This document shows, one piece after another, positions 19,201-31,396 of a stretch of 64,000 nt of DNA. The notes below the pieces were generated by a model that was not told where the DNA came from, did no database searches, and was given only the letters and a program-made list of their open reading frames with translations. Where the stretch lies: the NCBI GenBank assembly GCA_963674705.1, contig OY771506.1:1152001-1216000 (forward strand), in the 5' to 3' direction. Numbering within the stretch: the first letter of the stretch is position 1; every line of letters begins with the position of its first letter. The DNA is from Phycisphaeraceae bacterium. GTDB taxonomy: Bacteria; Planctomycetota; Phycisphaerae; Phycisphaerales; Phycisphaeraceae. Position numbers and translations under genes: made by a program.

Positions 19201-19682
19201 ATGAGGTCGACGGCCCATGCGCCGACGTTGTTGTTGCCCAGATCACTGAAGGTCAGGCGGTAGTCGTTAGCGACGGGCAGCCCGGATGCAGGCAGTGTGC
19301 CGCCGGACTCAGCGACGCCGGGCCAGGACAACAGCGAATCTAGGGTGGTGTTCGGGCCGAACGCGCCGTCGTCGTTGGATGCAGACAAGCCGGCGCTGAA
19401 GCTGAACAGATCCAGCAGCGAATCGATTACCTGGCCCGTGCCGGGGATGACGTCGCCGGCGGCGTTGGTCCCGCCGCTGCTGGCGAAGGTGATGAACTGC
19501 ACATCCTCGGCCGTTGTCAGCGGTCGGGTCGTTTGGAAGTACATCTCGTGCGTGCCAAGCGCAAAGGTGATTTCACCTTCCACGGAGAAGTAGGCTTGTT
19601 GTGCCAGCGCTTGTCCGGACAAGGACATTGCCAACAAAGTACACCCGCCACGGCATAGCCGATTCGTCAACACGTTATTCAT
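16239..19682 (-). CDS. Large beta-helical PEP-CTERM adhesin-like protein, paralog of 12766-16170
   Basis: Same N-domain (AQQAYFS..GGTNAAGD), repeated G.VTVTG.GS units, same dockerin-like+IPEPG tail; start ATG 19682 with GGAG SD. Confidence 0.85.
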   Translation of the reverse strand: MNNVLTNRLCRGGCTLLAMSLSGQALAQQAYFSVEGEITFALGTHEMYFQTTRPLTTAEDVQFITFASSGGTNAAGDVIPGTGQVIDSLLDLFSFSAGLSASNDDGAFGPNTTLDSLLSWPGVAESGGTLPASGLPVANDYRLTFSDLGNNNVGAWAVDLIGPADALQLTQLTPNAANPGGVSRLDSLKFGTTGAGANAATFDYIGLTDLEIAGPLVVANTGNGVLNLAQGEITVGGPTTINSGGTVNITGGTLDADDDILIDGGTIDFTSGTLNLADGKTITARNNAQFTHAPGTSFNHDTTLIVESGADVLYQSFFGVGNSTGMDGTITVTGTGSTFTVSSGFNSFWGNTGGTATLNVLDNASANIALAGGVTLASSGDSNSFGDINVESGGDITFTRLDIATGSAASGEVTVTGTGSTFTQIGASTLTVGGTGTGTATLDVNDSGVFNSGTGDIAINPSGTVTVNTNGIFNANGNVTVDGGTIDSQTNGFRLASGKTLTASNDAQVTLNGGNNGIFYSINGSREIKVESGADVSFSNPINVGLGSASNGTITVDGSGSTLTINTDSLAGLSDVGAYGATGNLTVRNNAEATIHSGSLHVASTGGTSPSTSGTVNVESGGSFTLNNLRITHFDTNTGTGIVNVTDAGSTITQTGASQLIVGNAVGGTAELNISSNATFTTGTGDSTINATGTVNVNSGGDLYVKGDLILNGAGKLNASGGGTRVYINGTATLNTGSTFDVSSAAQIEADTVNINGGSFLMSGGGLSVNELQGVGSNLVWNGFVNFGVFNADLVSATPKTTTIGAGQSLTAQYTDVGRGSSANLLITGGGQVTAAGFTTSVGSTFDAARVGNVDITGAGSRWWAKQGLGVDNGTVNVMNNGELKVDGTLDILANGSVSIDSGATVTADSIYNAAGGTFDFTGGTLHVQTFHGTLTQDGGTLSPGSSAGLTTINGDYGFNTGVLDIEIGGITQDTGYDHVHVTGMAQLYGELNVSLINGFTTLPGDSFAILTAAGGIIDAFNLLNLPDISASNQAWQITNTGAAIVLDVLSTLAGDLNNDGFVGLDDLDIVLNNWNQNVTAGALTEGDPSGDGFVGLDDLDIVLNNWNNGTPPPINTTSIPEPGTAIILALNGFALGCRRHHKYKYN

Positions 19683-19892
19683 CTGAATTGTCTCCGCCCT
19701 TTTGTTCCCAACGGGATGATTGATCACAGTAATGCCGGTGAATCCGGTGCCCCCACAAACCGGCTGAGCGGATTCGAGCAAGTAACGTAATCTACAGGCT
19801 GTCGCCCTCACGGGCCAGCGTTATTTTGTTAAATAATTGTCGGAAAAGGTTTTAGGAGACAAGTGGGTCCGGATACCCGCCCCGACCAACAT

Positions 19893-19983
19893 CTGCCAAA
19901 TCGGCAGCATCCGGTGTCAATTCGGCGTGCAAATATTATTAAAACAAGGGTTTACGGATAAGAACACTGGCGCGGCTTTTGCA
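19893..19983 (+). promoter_or_regulatory. Putative sigma54 promoter for dnaJ-clpB with candidate enhancer palindrome and IHF-like site
   Basis: TGGCGCG-GCTT-TTGCA at 19968-19983 (GG-N10-GC); palindrome CTGCC-AAATC-GGCAG 19893-19907 and degenerate copy 19915-19927; AAACAAGGGTTTA ~19942-19954. Confidence 0.7.
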
Positions 19984-20048
19984 GTAATAGCATTGGATTC
20001 GGGCTGGTATCAGGCTGCGCCCGTGACCATTCAGATTAGGGATTGACT

Positions 20049-21020
20049 ATGGCTGTGAAGTTTCAGGACTACTACCAGACACTCGGTGTGAAGCGCGATG
20101 CTTCGCAGGATGAGATCCAGCGCGCCTACCGCAAGCTGGCGCGGAAGTATCACCCTGACATGAATAAGGAAGCGGGTGCTTCGGAGAAGTTCAAGCAGAT
20201 CGGCGAGGCGTACGAGGTTTTAAAGGACCCGCAGAAGCGTAAGAAGTACGACACGCTCGGTGAGAACTGGAAGGCGGGTCAGGAGTTTCGGCCGCCACCG
20301 GGTTGGGAATCGCACTTTAGAAGCGCCGGCGGACGTGGCGGGGCCGAAGGCTTCCAGTTCCAGTCCGGTGGGCAGTTCAGCGACTTCTTTGAAGCGTTCT
20401 TCAGCCAGATGGCATCCGGGGGCGGCGCGCAGGGCGGCCGGGGCGGCGGGTTTGAAGATTTGTTTAACGGTGCACGCCAGCAGGGACGGCCGCAGGCTGC
20501 GCCGATGCAGGAGGCTGCGCTGAGCATCAGCCTGCATGAAGCGTTCCACGGCACAACGCGTTCGCTGCAACTGCAAGGACCCGGCGGCACGAAGACCATC
20601 GAAGTGAAAATCCCGGCGGGGACCACGGACGGTGCGAAGATCCGGCTGGCGGGCGAAGGCTTGATCCTCAAGGTCAGCGTTGCGGCCGATCCGCGTTTCA
20701 CGGTATCCGGGCGGGACCTGACGACGGATGTGAAGATCACGCCCTGGCAGGCGGCGCTTGGTGGGAAGGTGGATGTTCAAACGATGGATGGAACCGTGAG
20801 TTTGAATATCCCCGCAGGTGCAAGCAGCGGGCAGAAGCTACGGCTCAAAGGCAAAGGTTTACCGAGCCGTCAAAAAGATAAGGCTGGCGATTTGTATGTT
20901 CGGCTGATGATTGTCATGCCCAAGGTGCTGACCGAACAACAACTGCAGCTCTACGAAAAACTGAAAGAAGCAAGCACACCCAACGCCGGGTCTGAGCGAA
21001 GTAAAGGACCGGGTACGTAA
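20049..21020 (+). CDS. cbpA: DnaJ class B co-chaperone (CbpA-like, no zinc finger)
   Basis: [14 protein letters not shown]-domain; G/F-rich region; C-terminal DnaJ domain; no CxxCxGxG repeats. Confidence 0.88.
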   Translation: MAVKFQDYYQTLGVKRDASQDEIQRAYRKLARKYHPDMNKEAGASEKFKQIGEAYEVLKDPQKRKKYDTLGENWKAGQEFRPPPGWESHFRSAGGRGGAEGFQFQSGGQFSDFFEAFFSQMASGGGAQGGRGGGFEDLFNGARQQGRPQAAPMQEAALSISLHEAFHGTTRSLQLQGPGGTKTIEVKIPAGTTDGAKIRLAGEGLILKVSVAADPRFTVSGRDLTTDVKITPWQAALGGKVDVQTMDGTVSLNIPAGASSGQKLRLKGKGLPSRQKDKAGDLYVRLMIVMPKVLTEQQLQLYEKLKEASTPNAGSERSKGPGT

Positions 21021-21070
21021 CGAGAAAACCGCGGATACCCGGCCCTTCGCTGCGCTCAGGACCGGCGTTG
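20979..21070. repeat. Inverted pair of REP-like elements (ACCCGGCCCTTCGCTGCGCTCAGGACCGGCGTTG family)
   Basis: Reverse copy 20979-21014 (inside the dnaJ 3' end) and forward copy 21037-21070. Confidence 0.8.
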
Positions 21071-21111
21071 AGTGACACTCATTAACAATAATCATCCGAG
21101 GGAGACTCAAT

Positions 21112-23739
<2,628 letters not shown>

Positions 23740-24098
23740 ATAGATAGTTATTGAAGTCCGGGATGACTTATGCGCCGGGCTAGCCTGTTCCGGCCGGTCC
23801 GGCGCGTAAGTTGCCCTGTTTAACATATTTATCACGTGTAATTCGTAAGAGTTGCGCTAATTCCCACAATAACCCATGGCCATACGTCCCGGTTTGGGTA
23901 TACTGTGAATGCGTGAGCTGCATAGCGCACGTTCAGGATGGAGGAGAGAGAGAAGGCACTTTGTGGCTGCGCATCTCTTTTTCGTGGGAATACGCCCACC
24001 ATCCAAAGACAAAAAGCGATTGTTTTTTCGTTTGCTGGAAGCTTGGCAAATGTGCTTGTGTTAATACTTTTCTCGTTCAAATTAGGAGAGGAAGAAAA

Positions 24099-24800
24099 AT
24101 GAAACGTAATCTCGTAATGGCGCTGTGTGCCTGCGGTCTGATGGCTTCGGCCAGCGCCCAGGCGGCCACCTTCTCGGCCACCTATGGTTGGGAAGACGGT
24201 GTGGGCACGATCCTCGGCTCTTACGGCAACCTGGTCAATCCCGCCAACGTCACCACCGGTGATGAATACAGCGCCAGCCTGCTGATCACCGCCGGCGTGA
24301 CCCCGAACAGCGGCTCGCAGATGCTGACCGTCAGCGAAAGCCCCCACGCCAGCACCCCGCAGGCCTATGTTGCCTACATCGAAAACCTGAATGCCGGCGA
24401 CGTGGTTGACGCCTCGTTCTTCGGCTGGGACAGCACCGCTGCTGCCTCCCCGTCTCTGCGTATCTGGGGCCACTATGCCGACAACGGCGACGTGACCTCC
24501 TATGCCGGTTCGGCTGGTGGCAATGACACCTACACCGACGGCAGCGGTTGGAGCTCGGTGGGCTACAGCTACGTGATGCCTTCGGCCGGCGCCCTGGTCA
24601 TCGAGGCTCGTCTTTACAGCAGCCCGAGCACGGCCGACCCCGCCCTGAGCAGCTACTTCATCGATGATATGACGATCGAAGTCACCACCGAAAGCAGCAC
24701 GGCTCAGATCACCACCCCCGGTGGCACGACCGTGATTCCTGAACCCGCCAGCATGGCGCTGATGGGCCTGGGCGCTCTGGTTGCCTTTAAGCGTCGCTAA
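24099..24800 (+). CDS. PEP-CTERM surface protein
   Basis: AGGAGAGG SD, signal peptide MKRNLVMALCACGLMASASAQA, IPEPASMALMGLGALVAFKRR. Confidence 0.9.
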   Translation: MKRNLVMALCACGLMASASAQAATFSATYGWEDGVGTILGSYGNLVNPANVTTGDEYSASLLITAGVTPNSGSQMLTVSESPHASTPQAYVAYIENLNAGDVVDASFFGWDSTAAASPSLRIWGHYADNGDVTSYAGSAGGNDTYTDGSGWSSVGYSYVMPSAGALVIEARLYSSPSTADPALSSYFIDDMTIEVTTESSTAQITTPGGTTVIPEPASMALMGLGALVAFKRR

Positions 24801-24923
24801 AGTCATGTAGAAGCATCCTTTGGGTGCATGCTCGATTACAACCAACGAGGGTGGGTCATCATGGCCCGCCCTTGTTCATATACCTGACTACCCGTACAAC
24901 TTTTACAAACGAAGGGAATTCAC

Positions 24924-25631
24924 ATGAGTAAGGGATTATTCACAGCCGGTTTGGCAGGGATGGGTCTTTTGGCCTCGGTGAGCGCGGCTGATGCCGGCCT
25001 GATCATCACGGGCGTCATCGACGGCGGCCTGCTCGGCGGCGAACCCAAGGTGGTCGAACTGTATGCCACCAGCGACATCGCTGATCTGAGTGTTTACGGC
25101 GTGGGCGCCGCCAACAACGGCGGCGGGACCGATGGTGTCGAGTTGGTGCTGTCCGGCTCAGCCTCGGCCGGCGACTTCATCTACATCGTGGAAGATGATG
25201 ACCAGGGTGCACTGGGTGTTGGCTTCGCCAGCTACTTCGGCTTCACCCCGTCGCTGATTTTTGACGGCTCGTTCGCCAACGGCGGCGCGGCTTCGATCAA
25301 CGGCGACGATGCGATCGAACTATTCTACGACGCCAGCGGCGCGTTTGCCGGCCTGGAAGCCGTCGTGGATGTCTTCGGCGACATTAATGTCGATGGCTCG
25401 GGCACGGCCTGGGATTACCTGGACGGCTGGGCCTACCGCGTGGACAACACCGGGCCGGACGGCTCGACGTTCGTGATCAGCAACTGGTCCTTCAGCGGGA
25501 TCAACGTGACCGATGGCACGACGGCCAACGATCAGATCAACCCGCCGTTCCCGATCGGCAGCTATGTCCCCGAGCCGGCCAGTCTGGTTTTGTTGGGATT
25601 AGGCGCGTTGGCGGCCCTGCGTCGGCGATAA
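24924..25631 (+). CDS. PEP-CTERM surface protein with lamin-tail-like domain
   Basis: LIITGVIDG.L.GG.PK.VELY..DI.DLS.YG...NNGGG; INGDDAIEL; W.YLDGWAYR; VPEPASLVLLGLGALAALRRR. Confidence 0.88.
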   Translation: MSKGLFTAGLAGMGLLASVSAADAGLIITGVIDGGLLGGEPKVVELYATSDIADLSVYGVGAANNGGGTDGVELVLSGSASAGDFIYIVEDDDQGALGVGFASYFGFTPSLIFDGSFANGGAASINGDDAIELFYDASGAFAGLEAVVDVFGDINVDGSGTAWDYLDGWAYRVDNTGPDGSTFVISNWSFSGINVTDGTTANDQINPPFPIGSYVPEPASLVLLGLGALAALRRR

Positions 25632-26055
25632 ATGATGCTATAATTGAGTCCGAACGGATTCAACGACTGAACGACTCAGGGGTGGGCCTAAGCGGGCCCG
25701 CCCCTGTATTTTGCCCAAAGATACATAAATTCTTGTTTTTGATGGGCTTATAAATCTGTTTGGGGTGAATATCCATCTGGTCGGTCTGTACCAAGGTGGG
25801 TGTTCAGAAGCAGATCGGGCATTGGATCGGGGGGCCTATGATGAGTTTTGCGCTTATCTTAGGATTTTTTGGTTCGTGGAATTGGCCTGAAGGGTTACAA
25901 TGCGGATCGCGATGGGGGTGCGCCCGTTTGGCGCGAGCTTGTGTGACGGTTAAACGGTTGACCTTCCCTGGTGTTGTATGGACGGGGACCGTTGCCGGCG
26001 GCAACATATGATCGAGATCGGGGCAGGACTAAAAACAGGGACGAGGCAAAGACTA

Positions 26056-27039
26056 ATGAAAACGATCAACAAGCATGGCAGCAAGCAAGGATTCACACTC
26101 ATCGAATTGCTGGTGGTGATTTCGATCATCGCCCTGTTGGTAGGGATCCTGCTGCCGGCCTTGGGTGCGGCACGGCGCTCGGCGCAGAGCGCGGTGTGCC
26201 TGGGCAACATGCGTAGTGCGGGGCAGGCGCTGGCGACGTATGCGGCGAACAGCAGCGACTGGATGCCCGGGCCGAATACCAGTGGTGCTAAAATCGCTAA
26301 CGATAGTTATGTTTGGGGCACCAATTCAAACGAGCCAACTCAGAATATGGACTGGGTTTCGCCCTCAATGGGAGATTCTTTAGGACTTCCGGGTAATGTG
26401 GGGGAAAGGATCACCAGTATTTTTAATAATGACATGTATTGTCCATCAAATGACTTGAATTACACCCAGCCCACTCCGGGTGGGCCAGCGCTTCCATCTG
26501 ATTCTTTTGATTCTCTACGTGTGAACAGTTACGGTGCGATTCTCGGGTTCCAGTGGATGCCATTTTTCGCGACCGGCATTGATCAAAGTAAGATTCCGCA
26601 TGTTGTAAAACCGGACGGGAATGCCAAGAATGCTGTTCTGCACCCGAGCAATTATCGCCCGCGTGTTGATATGGTTGGCAGCGCATCTATCAAAGTCTAC
26701 GCAATGGATGGCACACGCTATGTGCAGGGTGACAACATCACCTATAACGGATTCCCATGGCAAGATGAGGGGGGGAACTATATGACTTCAGGTCCTGCTG
26801 TTGCCAATGGTGGCGACCCGTATCAATACGAATCCAACAGTGTTACTCCAACGAGTAGTTCCTTGAAGTACGCCTACCGTCATAACGGTGCGGTTAATAG
26901 TGTTTTCTTTGACGGGCATGGCGCAACCATGCAGCCGGCGGAAGCGGTCGATCTGGACCTGTACTTCCCGACAGGCAGTGAGGTTCGTTCGGCGGCGTTC
27001 ACCGCAGATAAGGATTACACGGGCACGACCATCCGCTAA
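26056..27039 (+). CDS. Prepilin-type N-terminal cleavage/methylation protein with H-X9-DG motif (DUF1559-like)
   Basis: GFTLIELLVVISIIALLVGILLPALGAAR; CPS; RHNGAVNSVFFDGH. Confidence 0.92.
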   Translation: MKTINKHGSKQGFTLIELLVVISIIALLVGILLPALGAARRSAQSAVCLGNMRSAGQALATYAANSSDWMPGPNTSGAKIANDSYVWGTNSNEPTQNMDWVSPSMGDSLGLPGNVGERITSIFNNDMYCPSNDLNYTQPTPGGPALPSDSFDSLRVNSYGAILGFQWMPFFATGIDQSKIPHVVKPDGNAKNAVLHPSNYRPRVDMVGSASIKVYAMDGTRYVQGDNITYNGFPWQDEGGNYMTSGPAVANGGDPYQYESNSVTPTSSSLKYAYRHNGAVNSVFFDGHGATMQPAEAVDLDLYFPTGSEVRSAAFTADKDYTGTTIR

Positions 27040-27161
27040 GGCATGAATCAATAATTCCAGGCCATATTGTGTTAGATGGCTTTTTTATGTTCCCCAGGTT
27101 CGGGCAGGTATCAGGCTGAAAAACGAACTTAAACCTACTTTTCTTCAGAAGGAGTGAGAGG

Positions 27162-28904
27162 ATGAATTCCAAGTGGATCGCATGTTTAGGCTACCTGGGC
27201 GTCACCGCCCTGGCGGCGAGCGCCAGTCACGCTGCGGCGACCGGCGGGTTTATTGCCATGTTGGACGAGAAGAACAGCAACACCGATTCAACGGGTTCTG
27301 TGGTCTTCTATGACGTTGACGATCTGAGCCACCCGCTGTTCGCGGTGTTTCTTGGGTTCGAAGCCAACAGCGAAGAAGTCACCTCCATGACCGTCGACCC
27401 GAACACCGGTGATGTGTATGTCGTCGGTTTCGATTCCGGTGTTGCCGACGGCGTGACGTATGACACGGAACTCGGTGGCGGCCAGGACGGCATCGGCGAT
27501 CTGGACCTCTACAAGATCGACTTCCAGGGTGCTTATGACCACTGGGCGGCTAACTACCAGGGTGCCGGCGCAGGCGGCAGCGACGTGTATGTGACCTACG
27601 GCCGATCCGCGTTGTCCGAACTGAACCTCACCAACTACCAGACAGCCGGCCCATACTTCACCACGAAGATCGGCGAGGTGGCCCGGTCCGCCGGTCAGAG
27701 CGGCGTCTACTTTGACGGCCGGCTCGAGTTCTATGATGAAAACACCCTGATCTGGCTTGACGCCCCCACCGCCGACACCGGCGCTGATGGCACCGACGTC
27801 CGCGTCAAGGCGTTTACCCGCGTTTCGACCAGCCCCGGCGCCGCAACCTGGACCAGCGGCAGCGAAGAAGGCGGCTTCAACTTCTCTTCCAGCACCGAAA
27901 GCTGGGAATCCGTGCTCCTGGGTGAACTGCACCTGGACTTCGGCGGCAGCGCCTCGGATATGGGTGCCGGCAACTCTGACACCGCGATGGTGATCAACCA
28001 GAACGGCGTGACCGGTATCTGGGTCGTGGAAGACGACGGCACGGGTGACGACATTGCGTTCTTCGAAATCACCAACTTCACCGGCACCGCCGGCAACGGC
28101 CTGCGTGAATTCAACATCGAATTCGACCCGATCAACAACCCCGGCGAATATCTGGACACGCTGGCAGCCGACCAGAATCCTTCGGTCGATCCATCCACCA
28201 ATGATGGCGACGTTCGTCGTATCTTCGTTGATGCCAACGGCAACCTGGTGATGACCGAGTCCGGCTATTTTGACGACCCGCAAACCGAGCCATCGGTTCA
28301 GGTGCTCAATATCGTCTCGATGGATGACGGCAACGGCCGGATCGAGCTGGGCACCTGGAACGCCAATATCCTGATGGATATGACCGGCCTGACCGACGAC
28401 GACAGCCTGGTGACCGACGAGCGGATGAGCATCCTTGATACCTATAACAACGTGCTCTACGTCTATGATTCGGACACCCCCACGGATGGTGGCAGCTACG
28501 ACCAGGACTGGTACATGATCGACCTGAACACCGGCGTGACTTCCTTCGTCACCCTGAACGTCGACAATATCGTCTCCTACAGCTTCGGCGACGATACGTC
28601 TGAATACTTCTGCCTGGGCTGCACGGTGGCCCTGGACGGCGACCTGAACGGCGACGGTTTCGTCGGACTGGACGATCTGGATATCGTCCTGGGCAACTGG
28701 AACCAGAACGTGACGGCCGGTGACCTGCTCCAAGGCGACCCGTCTGGCGACGGATTTGTTGGCCTGGACGACCTGGACGTGGTTCTGAACAACTGGAACG
28801 CTGGGACGCCTCCGGCGGCCTCCGTGGTTCCCGAGCCTGCCTCTCTTGCCCTGTTTACCATCGCAGGGCTGTCAGCGCTGGCCCGTCGGCGTTCAAACGC
28901 GTAA
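27162..28904 (+). CDS. Acidic PEP-CTERM surface protein with dockerin-like domain
   Basis: AAGGAG SD, signal peptide, GDLNGDGFVGLDDLDIVL.NWN..GDPSGDGFVGLDDLD, VPEPASLALFTIAGLSALARRR. Confidence 0.9.
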   Translation: MNSKWIACLGYLGVTALAASASHAAATGGFIAMLDEKNSNTDSTGSVVFYDVDDLSHPLFAVFLGFEANSEEVTSMTVDPNTGDVYVVGFDSGVADGVTYDTELGGGQDGIGDLDLYKIDFQGAYDHWAANYQGAGAGGSDVYVTYGRSALSELNLTNYQTAGPYFTTKIGEVARSAGQSGVYFDGRLEFYDENTLIWLDAPTADTGADGTDVRVKAFTRVSTSPGAATWTSGSEEGGFNFSSSTESWESVLLGELHLDFGGSASDMGAGNSDTAMVINQNGVTGIWVVEDDGTGDDIAFFEITNFTGTAGNGLREFNIEFDPINNPGEYLDTLAADQNPSVDPSTNDGDVRRIFVDANGNLVMTESGYFDDPQTEPSVQVLNIVSMDDGNGRIELGTWNANILMDMTGLTDDDSLVTDERMSILDTYNNVLYVYDSDTPTDGGSYDQDWYMIDLNTGVTSFVTLNVDNIVSYSFGDDTSEYFCLGCTVALDGDLNGDGFVGLDDLDIVLGNWNQNVTAGDLLQGDPSGDGFVGLDDLDVVLNNWNAGTPPAASVVPEPASLALFTIAGLSALARRRSNA

Positions 28905-29116
28905 GAGATTGCAAAAAAACCCCTAAACTCCGGCCGGGGCACTTGCCTCGGCCGGAATACGGGGCTTAATTTTCACAGAAATTAAATCAAAAAAGGCTTT
29001 CAAAGTGACCGTGTTCGTGGTATATTCCTAGTGCCGTTACTCCCGAAGCCAGTAAGGCCTCGGGTTGTTTTCAGTGTTTGAGTTACTTCTTTTGTGGGAT
29101 CTTAAGGAGATTGAAG

Positions 29117-29689
29117 ATGAAGATTGCTAAGTTTGTTTTGCCCGTGATTGCTGCCGGCCTCGCCAGCTCCACCGCGTTCGGTGGCGTTGTTATCAACCAG
29201 ATCGACCAGGCGGTCGTTGCTGGCTACCAGGCCAACGAAATCGTTTGGGAAGGTGGCGCTGACTGGACCAGCTCGGCTCTCGTAGTCGATCTGACCTCCG
29301 GCACGGCCTATCAGGACGCCTTCGGTGGCGACGCCCCCTACACCCCCGCTCTGCTGGTTCCGTTCCCGAGCGTTGAGTTCGATACCTATGTCGGTATCGT
29401 CAACGGCGTTGGCAACGGTATCGCCGGCGGTGCTGGCGACCTCGGTGGTGGCCCCCTGAGCCTGAACGCCAACCAGATCAGCGTTTCCTGGTTCAACACC
29501 GGCACCGATGACACCGCAGCCGTCCGTATCGGCATGATCACCCTCAGCACAGATGCAGCCGGCACATGGAAGCTCCTGTCCGGTGGCGTGATCACTGAAG
29601 GTACCGTCGAAGGTGGCGCGCTGGTTCCCGAACCGGCCTCGCTGGCTCTGCTCGGCCTCGGTGGTTTGGCCGCCCTGCGTCGTCGCTAA
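29117..29689 (+). CDS. PEP-CTERM protein, tandem array member 1
   Basis: AAGGAG SD before ATG 29117; DWTS..L.VDL..G, EFDTYVG, SVSWFNT, VPEPAS. Confidence 0.9.
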   Translation: MKIAKFVLPVIAAGLASSTAFGGVVINQIDQAVVAGYQANEIVWEGGADWTSSALVVDLTSGTAYQDAFGGDAPYTPALLVPFPSVEFDTYVGIVNGVGNGIAGGAGDLGGGPLSLNANQISVSWFNTGTDDTAAVRIGMITLSTDAAGTWKLLSGGVITEGTVEGGALVPEPASLALLGLGGLAALRRR

Positions 29690-29722
29690 TCGACACGCAA
29701 CCAAATAGGTTAAAACCTACTG

Positions 29723-29760
29723 CAACTGCCCGCCTAACCGCGGGCAGTTGTTTTTTATTT
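29723..29760 (+). terminator. Intrinsic terminator
   Basis: CAACTGCCCGC / GCGGGCAGTTG stem followed by TTTTTTATTT. Confidence 0.85.
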
Positions 29761-29938
29761 ACCGGACAGATTGGCCTGTAAAACCGGGTATCGACTTCTT
29801 ACAATAAAGAGTGTGCATGATGCAGCACTTATGTCGCGGTCTGGTAGCAGATAGCAAATCATGCCCCGTCAATGTAATCCCGTTTCGGGGCCGCCATGCC
29901 GTGTAATATCTTTCTGGGATTGAATTGGAGGTAGAGCT

Positions 29939-30514
29939 ATGAAACGCATCGCTCAGTTTGCCATGTCTGCGATCGTTGCCGGCCTCGCTTGTGGTTCGGC
30001 GTTCGGCGGTTTGAGTATCAATCCCGTAAACGACCCCAACGTCCCGGAGGGCTGTGTCGCGTGTGAAATTATCTGGGAAGGTGGCGCCGACTGGACCAGT
30101 GCCGCGCTGGTAATTGATCTGACCAGTGGCTCGGTCTATCAAAACGTCTATGGCGGCGATGCTGCTCCCAATCCAGCGTTGTTCGCCGTATTCCCGGAAC
30201 TTGAGTTCGACACGTATGTCGGCATCATCGGCGACGGCACGGCTGGTATTGCAGGCGGCGCGGGCGACCTCGGCGGCGGGCCGCTGAGTCTGAACGCCCC
30301 CCAGATCAGTGTGTCCTGGTTCAACACGGCTACTGATGATACCGGCCCGGTGCGCATCGCCATGATCACCCTCACGGATGATGCCCGGGGTACCTGGAGC
30401 ATGTTGTCCGGCGGCGTGATAACCCAGGGCACCCTCATACTCCCGTGCATCCCCGAGCCGACCTCGCTGGGGCTGCTTGGCCTCGGCGGACTGGCGCTAC
30501 TGCGTCGGCGGTGA
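29939..30514 (+). CDS. PEP-CTERM protein, tandem array member 2
   Basis: GGAGG SD; same family motifs; CIPEPTS tail. Confidence 0.9.
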   Translation: MKRIAQFAMSAIVAGLACGSAFGGLSINPVNDPNVPEGCVACEIIWEGGADWTSAALVIDLTSGSVYQNVYGGDAAPNPALFAVFPELEFDTYVGIIGDGTAGIAGGAGDLGGGPLSLNAPQISVSWFNTATDDTGPVRIAMITLTDDARGTWSMLSGGVITQGTLILPCIPEPTSLGLLGLGGLALLRRR

Positions 30515-30539
30515 TTTGCCGGATATCGCTATCAAAATT

Positions 30540-30576
30540 GCGGCTGCTTTCCCATGCGGTTGGCAGCCGCTTTTTT
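30540..30576 (+). terminator. Intrinsic terminator
   Basis: GCGGCTGC / GCAGCCGC stem followed by T6. Confidence 0.75.
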
Positions 30577-30762
30577 ACGGTTGAACGCGGATTTCACTGT
30601 TAACCGTCATGCCGGTCATATACAATCAAGATGGTCCGAAGTCTTCGCCGCCCTCGGAAAACGGATGAATCTACGGCGTTTGGGGTCAGGTCCTGCTATC
30701 GCACCGTTTTTCAACGAGGGAATATGGGGGCTGCAACAACTTTTTTATTAAGGAGATATCCG

Positions 30763-31347
30763 ATGAACCTTCCCAAGTGCGCGTGTGCTTTACTTGTGGC
30801 TGGTGCTGTCGCCTCACCGGCGGCGGGCTACGCTAATCTCGAGGGTGAGATGTATTTCAATCCGGCCGGCCTTGATGGGTATGTTGCCAATGAATTGATC
30901 TGGACAGGCGAGACCGACTGGACCAGCGCCGCTCTCGTGGTTGATCTGACCACCGGCTCGGTCTACCACGACGCCTTCGGGGGTGACGGCCCATACACCC
31001 CCGCTCTGCTGGTTCCGTTCCCGAGTGTTGAGTTCGATACGTATGTCGGTATCGTCAGCGGTGAGGGTAATGGTATTGCCGGTCCCGCAGGTGACCTCGG
31101 CGTCGGCATCCTGAGCCTCGATGCCCCGCTGATCAGTGTCTCGTGGTTCAACACCGGCACCAACGACATCGGCCCGGTGCGTATCGGCATGATCACGCTC
31201 AGCAATGATGCTCATGGCACGTGGTCCTTTCTCTCCGCGGGGCAGGTATCTACCGGCATGGTTTACGATGGCATGATGTTCTTCCCAGAACCTGCCTCAC
31301 TTGCGCTACTAAGTCTTGGCGGACTGGCGCTACTGCGTCGGCGATAA
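30763..31347 (+). CDS. PEP-CTERM protein, tandem array member 3
   Basis: AAGGAG SD before ATG 30763; family motifs; FPEPAS tail. Confidence 0.9.
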   Translation: MNLPKCACALLVAGAVASPAAGYANLEGEMYFNPAGLDGYVANELIWTGETDWTSAALVVDLTTGSVYHDAFGGDGPYTPALLVPFPSVEFDTYVGIVSGEGNGIAGPAGDLGVGILSLDAPLISVSWFNTGTNDIGPVRIGMITLSNDAHGTWSFLSAGQVSTGMVYDGMMFFPEPASLALLSLGGLALLRRR

Positions 31348-31396
31348 GTTGTGGCACTGTGATCGCATAATTCACCCTGCTTGAAACAGGAGACTA

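Noticed and set aside
21068..21083. HAIR/CIRCE-like operator before clpB (TTGAGTGACACTCATT)
   Set aside because: Spacing and arms fit neither consensus, and it overlaps the end of the REP-like element.
25929..25943. Possible sigma54 promoter before the prepilin gene (TGGCGCGAGCTTGTG)
   Set aside because: No GC dinucleotide at the -12 position with GG-N10 spacing.
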